Shown piece after piece: positions 12,902 to 26,212 of a stretch of 64,000 bases of DNA. Each line of letters starts with the position of its first letter. The first letter of the stretch is position 1. The position numbers were made by a program, and so were the translations under genes. The notes beneath the pieces are model-generated. The model ran no database searches. It worked only from the letters and a program-made list of their open reading frames with translations, and was not told the DNA's origin. This stretch comes from Octopus sinensis (Eukaryota): positions 138,694,001 to 138,758,000 of the forward strand of contig NC_042997.1 in assembly GCF_006345805.1 (NCBI RefSeq). Reading direction: 5' to 3'.

Positions 12902-13364
12902 ACACACAAGAACCGTGTTTTAGTTAGAAAGAAGCCATACAGAAGCTATGTAAAAAAAGTGTCAAATGATGTTAGAAAATTACGTACGTCTCTAAAGATT
13001 AGTTAAAAGGAAGACGTTTTTTCTGAGACATCAAAATGTCAAATGTCAGCCGAGAAAGAGAGAGGGAGGGAGGGAGGGGGAGAGAGAGAGAAGTGGGAGT
13101 GAGAACGAAACAGAAAGAAAGAGGGAGAGGAGGGGAGGGGAGGGGGAGAGTGGGACGGAATACTAAGACAGAGAAAACGAGAGAAGAGCTTTAAAAAAAG
13201 GTTGACTTTTCTGAATGATTTCAAGTATTGATACTCGCAAAGAATTAAATTTCTTGAAACCAAATAGCAGAGACATATTTTATTTGTCTAGCTGAGCTAT
13301 GACAATTTAATAACTAAAAAAAATATCAACAATAAAAGTTAAAAAGTAATGGCAATAACAATCC

Positions 13365-13545
13365 GTTCTTATTTCGGCACAAGACCAGCATTTTTAAGGT
13401 GCGGGGAAGACGATAACGTCGACCCCAGTGCTCGACTGGTACTTATTTTATCGACCTTGGTGAAAGTTGAATTCAAAACGCAATGCCAGAAGAAATGCAG
13501 CTAAATGCTTTGTCCGACGTGCTAACAGCTCTAGCGGCTCAAGCC
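13365..13545 (-). mobile_element. tRNA-derived SINE family B, degenerate
   Basis: gtcgaccccagtgctcgactggtacttattttatcgacc...ctaaatgctttgtccgacgtgctaacagctc matches family B copies. Confidence 0.65.
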
Positions 13546-13680
13546 CGAATAATAATAATAATAATAAAAATAATAATAATGATAATAATAATAATAGTAA
13601 TAATAATAATAATAATAATGAAAATATTATTATAATAATAATAATAATAATATAATAATAATAATAATATAATAATAATA

Positions 13681-13742
<62 letters not shown>

Positions 13743-13798
13743 AAATAATAATAATAATATAATAATAATATAATAATAATAAAAATAATAATAATGAA

Positions 13799-13852
<54 letters not shown>

Positions 13853-13880
13853 TAATAATAATGAAAATATAATAATAAAA

Positions 13881-13922
<42 letters not shown>

Positions 13923-13946
13923 TAATAATATAATAATATAATAATA
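13546..13946. repeat. About 400-bp interrupted (AAT)n microsatellite
   Basis: Direct reading. Confidence 0.95.
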
Positions 13947-14502
13947 ATGCCCTGATGCAGTACCAGGCAGTGGCTCTCATGGCTTCTGATCTTAACTGAT
14001 TGGATGTGTTATCATGTACATTGTTTTGTTTTGGTATAAAAGATGGGCTACAGCAAATATTCTGCTCAATACCACAGATTTGCTTGTCAGTTGTTTGGCC
14101 TTAACCAGTTGACCATGTCCCTTAGTGGCTGACGATATGTGCATCTCTGATCACGAGCAGAAGTAGTGGGGGAGCATCATGGCCATGTGTTGAGAGGGAT
14201 TCTTTGGGGTTTAAATAATTCACCTCTGGAAACATGGGTGTTTCTTTCAACATCCTTAAACAACCCTTATTCAGGGACCTTTTGAGCGGGATGGGCTACT
14301 CAACCTGAAGAAAATTCTAACTGGGCCCCACCTGCAAGGTCATGTGCTGTTTATCTTGATATGAGATCACCATGTCGCGCACATATGGTTGTGATGCATG
14401 TGCCTGGTGTACCTTTATCAGACGGGTAGTCATGATGGGTATATTGGGCTTCGTATATTTTACCCCAGTGTCACTTTGATGGCATGCACTGCTCTCTCAC
14501 TC
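13947..14502 (+). mobile_element. About 560-bp non-autonomous element (family A), full length, within (AAT)n
   Basis: Runs atgccctgatgcagtaccaggcagtggc...gcatgcactgctctctcactc then (AAT)n. Near-identical copy at 30224-30779. Confidence 0.9.
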
Positions 14503-14529
<27 letters not shown>

Positions 14530-14534
<5 letters not shown>

Positions 14535-15148
14535 TAATTTTTATTGAAAGCACAAGGTCTAAATTTGGTGGATAGGGACTAGTCTTTCAGTGGTACTTAT
14601 ATCATCAACCCCGAATGTATGACCCCTCGGCGGAATTTCAACTCAGAACATGAAGACATGAAGTACCGCTAAGCATTTCGCCCGACGAGCCAACAATTCA
14701 GCAAGCTCGCCGCCTCAGTAATAATAACAGTAATAATAATTCTATTCTAGGCACAAGGCCTGAATTTTTTGGTGTGTGTGTGTGTGTGGGGGGAGGACAG
14801 TCTATTAGATCGGCCCCAGTACGCAACTGGTGCTTAATTTATTGACCCCGAATGAATGAAAAGCAAAGTCGACCTGGGCGGAATTTGAACTCAGAACGTA
14901 AAGACAGACGAAATACCTATTTCTTTACTACCCACAAGGGGCTAAACACAGAGAGGACAAACAAGGACAGACAAACGGATTAAGTCAATTATATCGACCC
15001 CAGTAACTGGTACTTATTTGATCGACCCCGAAAGGATGAAAGGCAAATTCGACCTCGGCGGAATTTGAACTCAGAACGTAACGGCAGACGAAATACGGCT
15101 ATACATTTCGCTCGGCGTGCTAACGTTTCTGCCAGCTCGACGCCTTTT
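14530..15148 (-). mobile_element. Cluster of three SINE family B copies, the last with an alternative 3' tail
   Basis: Repeated gtcgacctcggcggaatttgaactcagaacgt. Minus strand reads aaggcggcgagctggcagaaacgttagcac...gagttcaaattcc (box A/box B). Confidence 0.8.
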
Positions 15149-15158
15149 TAATAATAAC

Positions 15159-15214
<56 letters not shown>

Positions 15215-15342
15215 TAATAATAATAATAATAATATAATAATAATAATAATAATAATAAAAATAATAATAATATTAATAATAATAATAATAATGATAATAA
15301 TAATAATAATAATTATAATAATGATAATAATAATAATAATAT

Positions 15343-15561
15343 GAGTGGGATGGGTTACCCGACCAGAAGAAAATTCTAACTGGGCCCCAACCGCAAGGTC
15401 ATGCGCTATTTATCTTGTTATGAGATCACCATGTCGCGCAAATATGGTTGTAATGCATGTGACTGGTGTACCCTTATCAGACAGGTAGTCATGATGGGTA
15501 TACTGGGCTTCGTATATTTTACCCCAGTGTCATTTTGATGGCATGCCCTGCTCTCTCACTC
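15343..15561 (+). mobile_element. Family A element, 5'-truncated
   Basis: Matches only the last about 220 bp of 13947-14502. Flanked by (AAT)n. Confidence 0.85.
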
Positions 15562-15621
15562 AATAATAATAATAATAATAATAATAATAATTCCAATAAT
15601 AATAATAATAATAATAATAAT

Positions 15622-16326
15622 GTGGACCACCTAATCTCTGGATGTAAAGTCTTAGCACCAGTGGAGTATAAATTAAGACATGACAGAGTTGGCCAATATC
15701 TCCACTGGCTAATAAGTCGGCATTACAATATCAAAACTGCCGACAAGTGGTATAATCACCACCCTGAGGCTGTAACTGAAGGAGAACATGTAACCATTCT
15801 GTGGGACACTCCAGTACATACAGAAAGAAACCGTCAAGGCCAATAAACCAGATATTGTTGTGAAAGACCAAGACAATAAAGTTTGCTTATTGATCGACAT
15901 GAGCATCCCCTGTGATCATAATATCTCAGCGAAAGAGTTTGACAAGCTCAGAAAATATAAAGACCTGCTCATTGAAATTGAGAAAATGTGGCATCTCAAG
16001 GCGGTTACAATACCCGTGATCGTAGGAGCACTAGGAATGATCAAGAAGGGAACCGAAAATTATATGAGAATGATCCCTGGCTTACCATCCCTGCAAGAAG
16101 TGCAAAAGATTGTCTTAACTGGTACATCACAGGTATTGAGAAGAGCATTGTCGATGTGAGAACTGTTGCTGCTCATGTATTTTAATTTAACTTAAAAAAA
16201 AAAAAAAATGAACGAACTACTGAGTTTGGTTTAATGCCTACCAATGTATGCTATGAGTTTCTTTGCCCTAGGAGTCGGGAAGACACTCGGCAAGAAATGG
16301 AAGCAAATTGAAAGAAGAAAAAAAAA

Positions 16327-16328
<2 letters not shown>
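15622..16328 (+). mobile_element. R4/Dong-type RLE retrotransposon, 5'-truncated 0.7-kb copy
   Basis: VDHLISGCKVLAPVEYKLRHDRVGQYLHW, KPDIVVKD..CLLIDMSIP, VIVGALG. Near-identical to 27370-28073, with one frameshift near 15825. Flanked by (AAT)n. Confidence 0.92.
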
Positions 16329-16368
<40 letters not shown>

Positions 16369-16407
16369 TAATAATAGTAATAATAATAATATTAATAATG
16401 ATGATAA

Positions 16408-16971
16408 ATACCCTGATGCCGTACCAGGCAGTGGCTAAATGCCTAATGCTGTACCACGCAGTGGCTCGCATGGCTTCTAATCATAACTGATTGGAAATGT
16501 TATGTACATTGTTTTGTCTTGGTATAAAAGACGGGGTTACAGCAAATATTCTGCTCAGTACCATAGATTTGCTTGTCAGTTGATTGACCTAACCAGTTGA
16601 GCATGTCCATTAGTAACTGACGATATGTGCATTTCTGATCACAAGCAGTAGTTGGGGATCATCATAGTCGTGTTGAGAGGAATTCTTTGGAGTTTGAACA
16701 ATTCACCTCTGGAGACATGGGTGTTTCGTTCAATATCCTTAAACAACCCTTATTCAGGGACCATTTGAACGGGATGGGTACTCGACTTGAAGAGCATTCT
16801 AACTGAACCCCCACCTGCAGGGTCATGCGCTGTTTATCTTGATATGAGATCACCATGTAACTCACATATGGTTGTGATGCATGTGCCTGGTGTACCCTTA
16901 TCAGACGGGTAGTCATGATGGGTGTATTTTACCCCAGAGTCACATTGATAGCATGCACTGCTCTCTCATTC
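16408..16971 (+). mobile_element. Family A element, full length, with duplicated 5' end
   Basis: ccctgatgccgtaccaggcagtggct followed by gcctaatgctgtaccacgcagtggct, then the family A body and an (AAT)n tail. Confidence 0.85.
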
Positions 16972-17010
<39 letters not shown>

Positions 17011-17011
<1 letters not shown>

Positions 17012-17277
17012 GGAAACCCCTAAGTAGCAGAAATTCAAAAGATAGTGCTCATGGGAACTGACCTTATCCTGCGTAAAATACTGTCTATGTAATCTCAAAT
17101 TTTCAAACAAACTCACAATTTTCTTGTTTTCTTAAACATTCTCCAAAACAATACTATGTGCAAAATCAAATATATGACACCCTAGTCATAACATCAACAT
17201 GAACTTCTAACTTGTCTCTTGAGGTCCCTGGGTGAGACTTGGAGCCAGCTTGTACAAATACAAAACAGTCTCAAACA
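17011..17277 (+). mobile_element. Extreme 3' end of a different R4/Dong-type family
   Basis: GNP*VAEIQKIVLMGTDLILRKILSM*, then a 3' UTR shared with 2060-2270. Inside (AAT)n. Confidence 0.8.
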
Positions 17278-17460
17278 TAATAATAATTCTGCTATAGGTA
17301 CAATGTGTGAAATTTGGGGGAGTGGGGTAGTCAATTACATCGACCCCGAAAGGATGAAAGACAAAGTCGGCCTTGGCGGAATTTGAACTCAGAACAAAGG
17401 ACGGACGAAACGCCGCTAAGCATTTTGCCCGGCATGCTTGCGATTTCGCCAGCTCGTCAA

Positions 17461-18014
17461 ATGCCCTGAATGAATACCAGGCACTGACCCTCATGGCTTC
17501 TGATCTTAACTGATTGGAAGTGTTATGATGTACATATTTGGTCTTGGTGTAAAAGATGGGCTACAGTTAATATTCTGCTCAGTACCACAGATTTGCTTGT
17601 CAGTTGTTTGACCGTAACCAGTTGAGTTTGTTCGTTGATGCCTGACGATATGCGCACTTCTGATCACGAGCAGAAGTAGTGGGGCAGTATCATAGCCATG
17701 TTGTTGAGAGGAATTCTTTGGGGTTTGAATTATTAACCTCTGGAAACGTTTTTTTTTAATTCGACATCCTTAAACAGCCCTTATTCAAGGACTGTTTGAG
17801 CAGAATGGGCTACTCGACCCGAAGAAAATTCTATCTGTATCCCACCTGCAAGGTCATGCGTTGTTATCTTGATATGAGAGCACTATGTCGTGCATATATG
17901 ATTGATGCACGTGCCTGGTGTACCCTTGACAGGCGAACAGTTATGATGGGTATATTGGATTTCGCACATCTGTTCCTCAGTATCTCTTTGATGGCATGCA
18001 CTGCTCTCTTACTC
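17461..18014 (+). mobile_element. Family A element, older diverged copy abutting a SINE B head
   Basis: Colinear with 13947-14502 but with more substitutions. Confidence 0.8.
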
Positions 18015-18237
18015 AATAATAATCAATAATAGTAATACGCTTAGTTTTGTTTGTTTTAGTACGTACCTAGCGGTGTGTCACTTATTTCAACTTATTTCCG
18101 GAAACTCTTGGAACACAGAATAAGACGATCAGTCCAGATCCGGGTGGTAAGGTGTTGGCTATGAGCAGGCGCGAAGACAGTGCATTCAAACTGCTTATAT
18201 TCTTATGCTGTCAGTTAAAATACTTAGCATTTTCATA

Positions 18238-18307
18238 TTATGTAGAAAACATCGGTTCTCGTCCGATCACTGCAGTTAAGCAACTTCGAGCCTAGTAGAT
18301 GGGTAAC
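18238..18307 (+). pseudogene. 5S rRNA-derived fragment (pseudogene or SINE3-type head)
   Basis: gtagaaaacatcggttctcgtccgatcactgcagttaagcaacttcgagcctagtagatgggtaac resembles invertebrate 5S rRNA (GTTGAAAACACCGGTTCTCGTCCGATCACCGAAGTTAAGCAACGTCG...GATGGGTGAC) but is truncated and has a deletion. Confidence 0.8.
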
Positions 18308-18349
18308 TTTGATGGGCGGCAGCTTTTGGAAACCTAGGAAACCTATTGG

Positions 18350-18583
18350 TTATAAAGCGGCGAACTGGCAGAATCGATAGCACGCTGAGCCAAAATGCTT
18401 AGTAGCATTTCGTCCGTCCTTACGTTCTGAGGTCATGTCCGCCGAGGTCGACTTTGCCTTTCATCCTTTCGGGGTCGATAAATAAGTACCAGTTTCGCAC
18501 TGAGGTCGATGTAATCGACTTAATCCGTTTGTCTGTCCTTGTTTGTCCCCTCTTTGTTTAGCCCCTTTTGGGCAATAAAGAAA
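18350..18583 (+). mobile_element. SINE family B, alternative-tail subfamily
   Basis: gcggcgaactggcagaatcgatagcacg...gtcgactttgcctttcatcctttcggggtcgata...gggcaataaagaaata. Confidence 0.8.
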
Positions 18584-20040
18584 TATATATTATATTCATA
18601 GTATATTATGTCATATCATAAATAAGTTATTGGATTGTTAATTGAATCTCTCTATTTAATTTATTGTTTATATTTAGTGGTGGTTGTCTACTCCTTATGC
18701 GGAGTCTGACCACTTCTTGTAGTTACGCCATAGATCAGTCATGGCGTCTGATGCGGATTTTAAAACCAGATAACGTATTGAAAAATACCCACATAGATGC
18801 AAATCTGATTTGGACCAACAAGATGTGCAGTTAAGTTCTGATCTTTGTGGATCTTAAAATGTCTTTGTTATATATGTATGTATTTGGAGCACAATGTCCA
18901 TAAACCAAAAATCTCTAAACACTTACCAGAATTAGAATTCCAATGAAGAACAATCACGCAATATTCATGTTCGGAAATATATGTGCGATAAACCCACAAT
19001 AACAAACGAAGAAACCAAAACTCCCACTAGAAATTTTGTCCTAGAAGAACAGCTTGGAAACCACGAGAACACATAGTACGATTATTCACTGGCAATAATA
19101 CATGGAAATAAAGAAACATATCAAACGTATATACTATCTTCGTTGCCTTATAAATATTACTATAATTTCTACACATGAGTCGCACCACTGAAGCCGGTGA
19201 TGTGAACAGCGTTAAGAGCATAATTTGTAAGTAGCTGGAGCCAAGCATGACGATATGTCCTCTATGTTTACACCTACATATTGCTGTAAAGTACAAATAC
19301 AAACATGAAATCTCAAACTGAAAAATGTATATACGAAATATAGAAATTTTTAAAAAATGGAATATAGAAAACAGATAACATTAAACGGACGTTGCTCCCC
19401 AAAGAACTTCAGAACTTAAAAACCATAAAATATTAAAACGAATTAGCAAACTAAATGTATTGGAAAGAAGTTACTGAACATAATTGAAAACACACGTTGC
19501 AAATACACAAAACAGAAAATAATAACCTGAGGAATAATCAACATAGAACTATAAACAAAGATTAATTAAAGAAGGTAAACCAATTGGCATTGCTATCTAA
19601 CTAACTGAAAACATACTTATAACACGAAAACGACTAAACGAATCAATCGTAAAACTAACGGAATTACATATCACTCCAATTACCAGGCTTCAGTCGTCTT
19701 AAAACACGACATGGGAATAAACCAAGTAGACCGATATCTAATAAATATAAACCTTTATTTTGGAAACTATATTTAAATCAATATATACATCCAAAAATAA
19801 AACATAAATATGATAAAAAATTCATTAAATCACAAAAGTAACATAAAATACAATTGAGCAAAACATAAATCACTGAAAATATTCACTAAAATACTTAAAC
19901 CATATGTATATTTCAAAATTATCAGATATAATCAAGAAAAAAAAAATTTTCTGAGAAGAGGCTTTGAAATTTCTAGCTTCCTCGAAAACATTTTAATTTG
20001 CGAAAATATAGTGACACATCTCGTAGTTTTTGTCTTTTAT

Positions 20041-20478
20041 ATTTTACTTGCTTCAGTCATTTGTCTGTGGCCATGCTGGGGCACTGCCTTGAAGGGTTGT
20101 AGCCGAACAAATTGACCCGAGGATGTTTTTTCAAAATTTTGTAAACCCAAGTACTTACTCTATCGTTCCCTTTTGCCGAACGGTTAGCTTACCTGGATGT
20201 AAGCACACCAGCACCGGTTGTCAAGCGGTAGGGAGCGGGACAAACACAGACACAAAAACAGACAGACACAATATATATTTATATATATATGATTTAATAT
20301 ATGTATGTATGTATACGGTATACGACAGGCTTCTTTCAGTTTCCGCCAACCAAATCCACTCACAAGTCTTTGGCCGGTCCCAGTCTATAGTAGAAGACAC
20401 TTGCCCAAGGTGCCGCGCAGTGGGACTGAATTCGGAATCACATGGTTGGGAAGCAAGCTTCTCACCACACAGCCACGC
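20041..20478 (-). mobile_element. SINE family C/D, complete copy
   Basis: Tail, then CA/TA microsatellite, then a tRNA-like head ending ...ctcaccacacagccacgcc. Confidence 0.8.
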
Positions 20479-20545
20479 CAGCATCACAACAACATCCATA
20501 TATCGCGTGGAAGTAGAATTATTGTAATTGTCGTTAGTCGCAGTA

Positions 20546-20814
20546 CCAGTTAGAATATTCTTCCGGTCAAGTAGCCCATTCCACTCAAAAGGAAGGTCCC
20601 TGAATAAGGGCCGTTTAAAGATGTTTCCAGAGGTTGATTATTCAAACCCCAAAGAAATCCTCTCAACACATAGCTATGATGCTCCCCTAGTTCTTCTGCT
20701 CGTGATCAGAGATGCACACATCGCCAGCCACCAAGGGACATGCTTAACTGGTTATGGTAAAACAACCGACAAGCAAATCTATGGTATTGAGTAGAATATT
20801 TGCTGCAGCCCATT
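20546..20814 (-). mobile_element. Family A element, internal fragment
   Basis: Reverse complement matches the central part of 13947-14502. Confidence 0.75.
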
Positions 20815-23800
20815 ATTATTACTATCGTTTCTCTAGTTGTTTTTATGCTATTTTTATTGTTATTCGTTTTCTGTTTTTCCTTTGCTGTTTTATTTTCTAA
20901 TTAGTTGGTAGTTCTGCTATCATTGTTATTTCTAAATATTTACTTTCTTTTCAGCTATAGTAGATCAGACCTATGATCAAAGGCTTCCCTACCAAGTAGA
21001 TCTCATTCGTTATCTAATGTTTAAGACGATAAGCTTTGATTTCAGGGTGGCTTTGCTGTTATTTCGAGCGGGTTGATACACCTCTTAGCCCCCACCACCC
21101 ATCGTTAGCTCTTTTTTTGTTATTGCCGTTATCAGTGTTGTAGGTTTACGTTGTTGTTCATATTTTTACTTTTTATTGTGAATGGTTATCTTTCTCACAT
21201 AAGAAGAGGTTAGCTACTTTCATTGTAGTACTTATCTTTTTACTACTAACACTATTCCTCCTGTTGCTGTTTCTAAAACAGATGTTTTTGCCTTGTCAAA
21301 CGACAAATCAAATCCAAATGCCTTCCTTTAGAGAAGGGACGTTGACATTCTATAAAAATGTTCCTCTTCACTAACTTCATGTTTTGTAAATACAATGAGA
21401 GAACAAAATAGTTTTCAACACTTCTCAGAGCTTTGCTCACCATATCTGAGTAACGATGAGATGAGGATGATGATGATGATAACGACGACGACGACGACGA
21501 TGGCAACATTTATAATCTTTTATTTATTGGTCGCAAATGCCTCATAAATGCAATGCAAAATATATCATATACTACACTTCTGTCAAAACATGCGAGGATG
21601 CACATTTTAGAATATCAAATAAGCTAGGTGAGCGACAGAAAAGCGTAAAACAATAATATTAAGTTAATTTAAGCATTTTTTTCTTTTAGATTAAGCAAAT
21701 ACAAATAAATACAAACCAGGTCATCCATTCTCAGAAGGAAAAGAAACTGCCACTTTACGATGAGGGTACCCCAAGACGCAGTCACCTTTCTTTCCAATCA
21801 TCACTTCCAAACTAGAGCCTCTACAGTAATTTTGGCTTTAACTGAGTTGTGAAGAACCACGCATATTCCGGGACGTGATTACTTAGCTATCATTATATCA
21901 CTGACGTAGTTTTCAAAAACCAGCTATCATCTCGAAGTGTCTTGTGCACTTGTGTACTCCTCGCTACTCAGCAGAATATTTCATTCGTTGTCTTTTAAGT
22001 TCATTCTTAGAATAGAGAGTTCCTATGGGCTCATCATAAAATCCAGTCACTCTCTTGGATAAGCGCCTTCTCGTGAGGGACTCTTAACCGCCTACTTGCC
22101 TTTTCTTTGAACTCACTCTTTGGCCTTATTTCTTTTCTGAGTAGATTTCCATTCTTCTTCAGTCTCTATCTTTTCGCCATAGCCACAAGACATTAAGGTG
22201 ATATTATAACGTTTCTGTGCTGAAGGGGAAAACCACCACCAGTTTCTCTGTCAAGCTTGATTCTCGATAATAGTGGTACTGAGGGTGAGGTAATTTCGTT
22301 TGCTTCAGCTTCGATCACTTACGGAGCTTCAGTCTGTCGTGCTTTAGAAATGGTGATTGCAGCAGCTTTACTCTGATATTTACTATTGTTGTTGCTGCTG
22401 TCTCTACTGTTATTGTTTTAGTTTCTTCTCTTCTGCTGGGAAAAAAAGCCCTTTGTTTTGTATAACCAGTATGATTCACTTCCCAATAGGTTGCAACTCC
22501 ATGGTGACCTTGTGGTCCATGAGAATTCGTACCGATCCTATCTAAGTACATATTGTTGTGGGATAGTCGCGAATTCATCATATGTCCATGCAAATGTAGC
22601 CGGATGGTGGTAGCTATAAACGGACACGTTTCTCCGAGGGAAAAAAATTCCTCCATATTTACGTAATTCTGCCGTCGAGGGAATATGGAAGTCTCCTTCA
22701 CTTTTATGGAAAACAGAGATATATCATTTCACTTCGCCTTTCGCTGGATAAATACATTAAGCAAAGAGACACTTGTTTATGTAACATATATTGCCCGTTC
22801 CTTCTTTATCTGCAGTAGGTTCAGAGCATATTGTTCCTCTTGTAAAACGTGAGCAAATGATGGAATGTTGCTGTAGTTAATACTATTATTGCTGAGCAAG
22901 CTACTTTTACTCTATTCAAATTAGATTTAAACATTATTCTTTTTTTTCGTTTGTGTATTTATTTTCCGTTGTACAAGTGTAAATGTTTACGTATGTAATC
23001 TAGTTAGTGTGATGATTTTTTATGGAAGAATTGAAGCAGTATTTTTCTTTCGATTGAAGAATGTTACTTTACGTTAATACTGCATCCTCTTTGGCGAGCA
23101 TCCCTTTCGTCCACTTTGAGGCAGCAATCTTGCAACGGATATAAATAATGAAAATGACTATTTGGCAAAAATAAGTAACGCTTTTTAAAAAATGCTTTTC
23201 CTTTATTCTAAGTAATAGAGTGGACGTTCGAATATTCCAAAGCCTTTTGATGTTAGAAGTAAAAAAAAAAAAAAATGGAAGAAAATGTTTTTCTCAGCGA
23301 AACGTGTCCGATTACAGCTACAACTACCCGGTCCATTGCCACCCTAAAAGTAATACCGGCAGAAATTTGCTAAACGTAAGAGACAGCGTTAGCGTTGCGA
23401 TATTGTGGTTGAAAAATAAGAAGTAGCAGTTGTCTTTAGTATAGGCATAAGACCAGACATTTTTGGGAAGAAGATTAGTCGATAGCACCGACTTCAGTAT
23501 TTGATTATGGCTTATTCCTAAATACAATACTTGTTATAAAATGAATTTACAAATTCATGATAAGATGTCTACATGAAAACAAGAATGGTGCAAGGTTACA
23601 ATATATTAAGATATTAAAAATTGATAACATAAACATAGATAAATTACACAAAATACGTAAGTGTATAAATGTAGAAATACAGGGTGAGTCAAAAGTTTCG
23701 CACTAAATAAGTTCAATAACCTCCGGAATTTTTCTAAAATTCAACAAGACAAATATAATTAAGATGAATGTACACACACTTATACATGATGAGCAAAATG

Positions 23801-23822
23801 AATAATAATAATAATAATAATA

Positions 23823-23870
<48 letters not shown>

Positions 23871-24199
23871 TAATAATAATAAAAAAAAAAAAAAAAAAAA
23901 TAATAATAATAATAAGATACACAAACATCGAAAACAAGGACATCGTATGGAGCCAAATATTTACTAATAAAGGATTGGACTGTACCCGAGTAAGTAATAC
24001 TCATTGAAATTTATTACTATTTTCGAAACGAAATGATGTATTTTGACTCGATATCATCTCCACCTGTAACACAACACATGTAAACATGCGTGGTACATTA
24101 CGATCAATCAACACCAGATCATCCCCGACCCCAAACACCATGTACAAAGGAACTACGAAGAAATTAAATACCACCGATATTATTCAACCCAAGAATAAC

Positions 24200-26021
24200 A
24201 ATCGGGAGGTACCTACTTTAAACTTACAACACAAAATGTACGATATTCCAGGCAGACACGTTCTCTCCACTCCTTTTCTGCTTGTCACTGTCACCTCTAT
24301 CTGATATGCTAAATAAAACTGGATGCGGATATAAATGTTACAGCAAAACGATCAGCCACCTTTTATATATGGATGACCTAAAACTATACGCTGCAAATGA
24401 CAAACAGCTGGAAACACTATTAAAGACAGTTCATGGATTTACCAAAGAAATAGATATGAAATTTGGATTAGAAAAATGCGCCAAAGTAACCCTGAAAAGA
24501 GGAAAACTAGTTAAGAGTAGCAACATCACACTAGATAAAACCAATAAAATAAAAGAATTAGACCAAAGCCAAACTTACAAATACTTAGGAATCCATGAAC
24601 TAGATAAGACACAACACACACAAATGAAAGAGAAAATAAAAAAAAGAATATTATAGACGAGTTAGATCAATACTAAAAACAGAGCTCAATGCTAAAAACA
24701 AGATAATAGGTATTAACACTTTAGCTGTCCCAGTTATAAGTTACAGCTACAATATCCTTAACTGGACACTAAATGAACTGACCAAAATAGATAGGAAAAC
24801 AAGAAAAATAATGACAGGATTTAGGATACATCACCCAAAATCTGACATAGAAAGACTATATATACAACGTATAGAAGGTGGTAGAGGCCTTATACAACTG
24901 GAAAACTACTATAAAATAACCACCGTAGGACTGCAAAAATATCTACTTCAGAAGGAAGGAAAACTGATACAAATAGCGACAAAACACGAGCAAAACAAAA
25001 AACTGTTCTCAGTATTTAAGGAAGCTGACAAATACAAACAAGAAATCATACCACCTAACAAATATGAAGAAGAAGAAGAAGATAAAGAAACAACAAAAAC
25101 TATAAAACAAATGAAATCCAAACTAAAAATAGAACATCAACGAACCATGATAAAACGATGGCAAGAAAAGCCCCTTCATGGTAAATACTGGACTAAACTA
25201 AACGCAAAAGAAATAGACAAAAAAAGATCCCAGCAGTGGTTGAGAAGCTCAGGACTCAAAGCAGAGACAGAGGGATTTTTAATTGCAGCACAAGACCAAA
25301 GCCTCCCCACCAGAAATTACCAAAAACATGTAATGAAAAGAAATATAACAAGTAACTGCAGAATATGTGGAGATGGACAAGAAACAACAAATCATATTAT
25401 CTCTGGCTGCCCAGTCCTGGCTAAGAAGGAATATATTCACAGACATGACAGAGTTGGAACCTACATACACTGGAAGCTATGCCAACATTATGGAATAACA
25501 ATAGAAAAAAGATGGTATAGGCACACACCAGAAAAGGTCACAGAAAACGAGAAAGCAACCATACTCTGGGATATGCCGATACACACAGATAGAGAAATTA
25601 AGGCCAACAGACCAGATATAGTTGTCAGAGATCATGAAGAAAAAAAATGCTTTCTAATTGATGTATCAATACCGGCTGATGACAACTTGTCTCTAAAAGA
25701 AATGGAGAAACTTTCAAAATACAAAGACATAGAAATAGAGGTAACCAGAATGTGGAATCTAAAAACAGAAACAATTCCTATCATAGTAGGTGCATTAGGC
25801 ATGATAAAAAAAATATTCAGACAAATACGTAACAAAAACACCAGGACTTACAAACACATATAACATACAGAAAATTGCACTACTAGGCACTGCACACATC
25901 CTACGCAGAACACTTTCCATACAATAACCATCAGAGCATCACAACAAATCACAGCACATACCTAAGGCACACAGAGCTGCGCTCTGTAGTGAAGTGAAAG
26001 CACGCTATAAAAATAAAACTA

Positions 26022-26024
<3 letters not shown>
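24200..26024 (+). mobile_element. R4/Dong-type RLE retrotransposon (second family), 5'-truncated and frameshifted
   Basis: IFQADTFSPLLFCLSL, SHLLYMDDLKLY, YKYLGI, GGRGLIQ, CRICGDGQETTNHIISGC..H (CCHC), RPDIVV..FLIDVSIP..K..KY, IIVGALG (ORFs 24282-24656 and 24811-25863). Ends actactg then (AAT)n. Confidence 0.92.
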
Positions 26025-26100
<76 letters not shown>

Positions 26101-26103
<3 letters not shown>

Positions 26104-26148
26104 TTTTACCCCAGTGTCACTTTGATGGCATGAACTGCTCTCTCACTC
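26101..26148 (+). mobile_element. Family A element, last about 48 bp only
   Basis: attttaccccagtgtcactttgatggcatgaactgctctctcactc embedded in (AAT)n. Confidence 0.8.

Positions 26149-26211
<63 letters not shown>

Positions 26212-26212
<1 letters not shown>

Noticed and set aside
13947-14502. Nearly open minus-strand frame through family A (also ORFs 16662-16916 and 20528-20794)
   Set aside because: Several stops that differ between copies and no recognisable domain. Compatible with chance.
18700-19960. A-rich region resembling a decayed Penelope N-terminus, with a hammerhead-like ggcgt-ctgatgc-gg..cc at about 18770
   Set aside because: No diagnostic protein motif recovered. The ribozyme core has A9 changed and no proper GAAA or stem III.
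21700-22300. Possible L1/Tx1 C-terminal remnant on the minus strand (CLVAMAK)
   Set aside because: Only one short motif amid many stops.
22530-22940. Short minus-strand frames that look protein-like (MFKSNLNRVKVACSAIIVLTT...; YISVFHKSEGDFHIPSTAELRKYGG...)
   Set aside because: Interrupted by stops, with no recognisable family and no convincing splice signals. Cannot be supported without a homology search.
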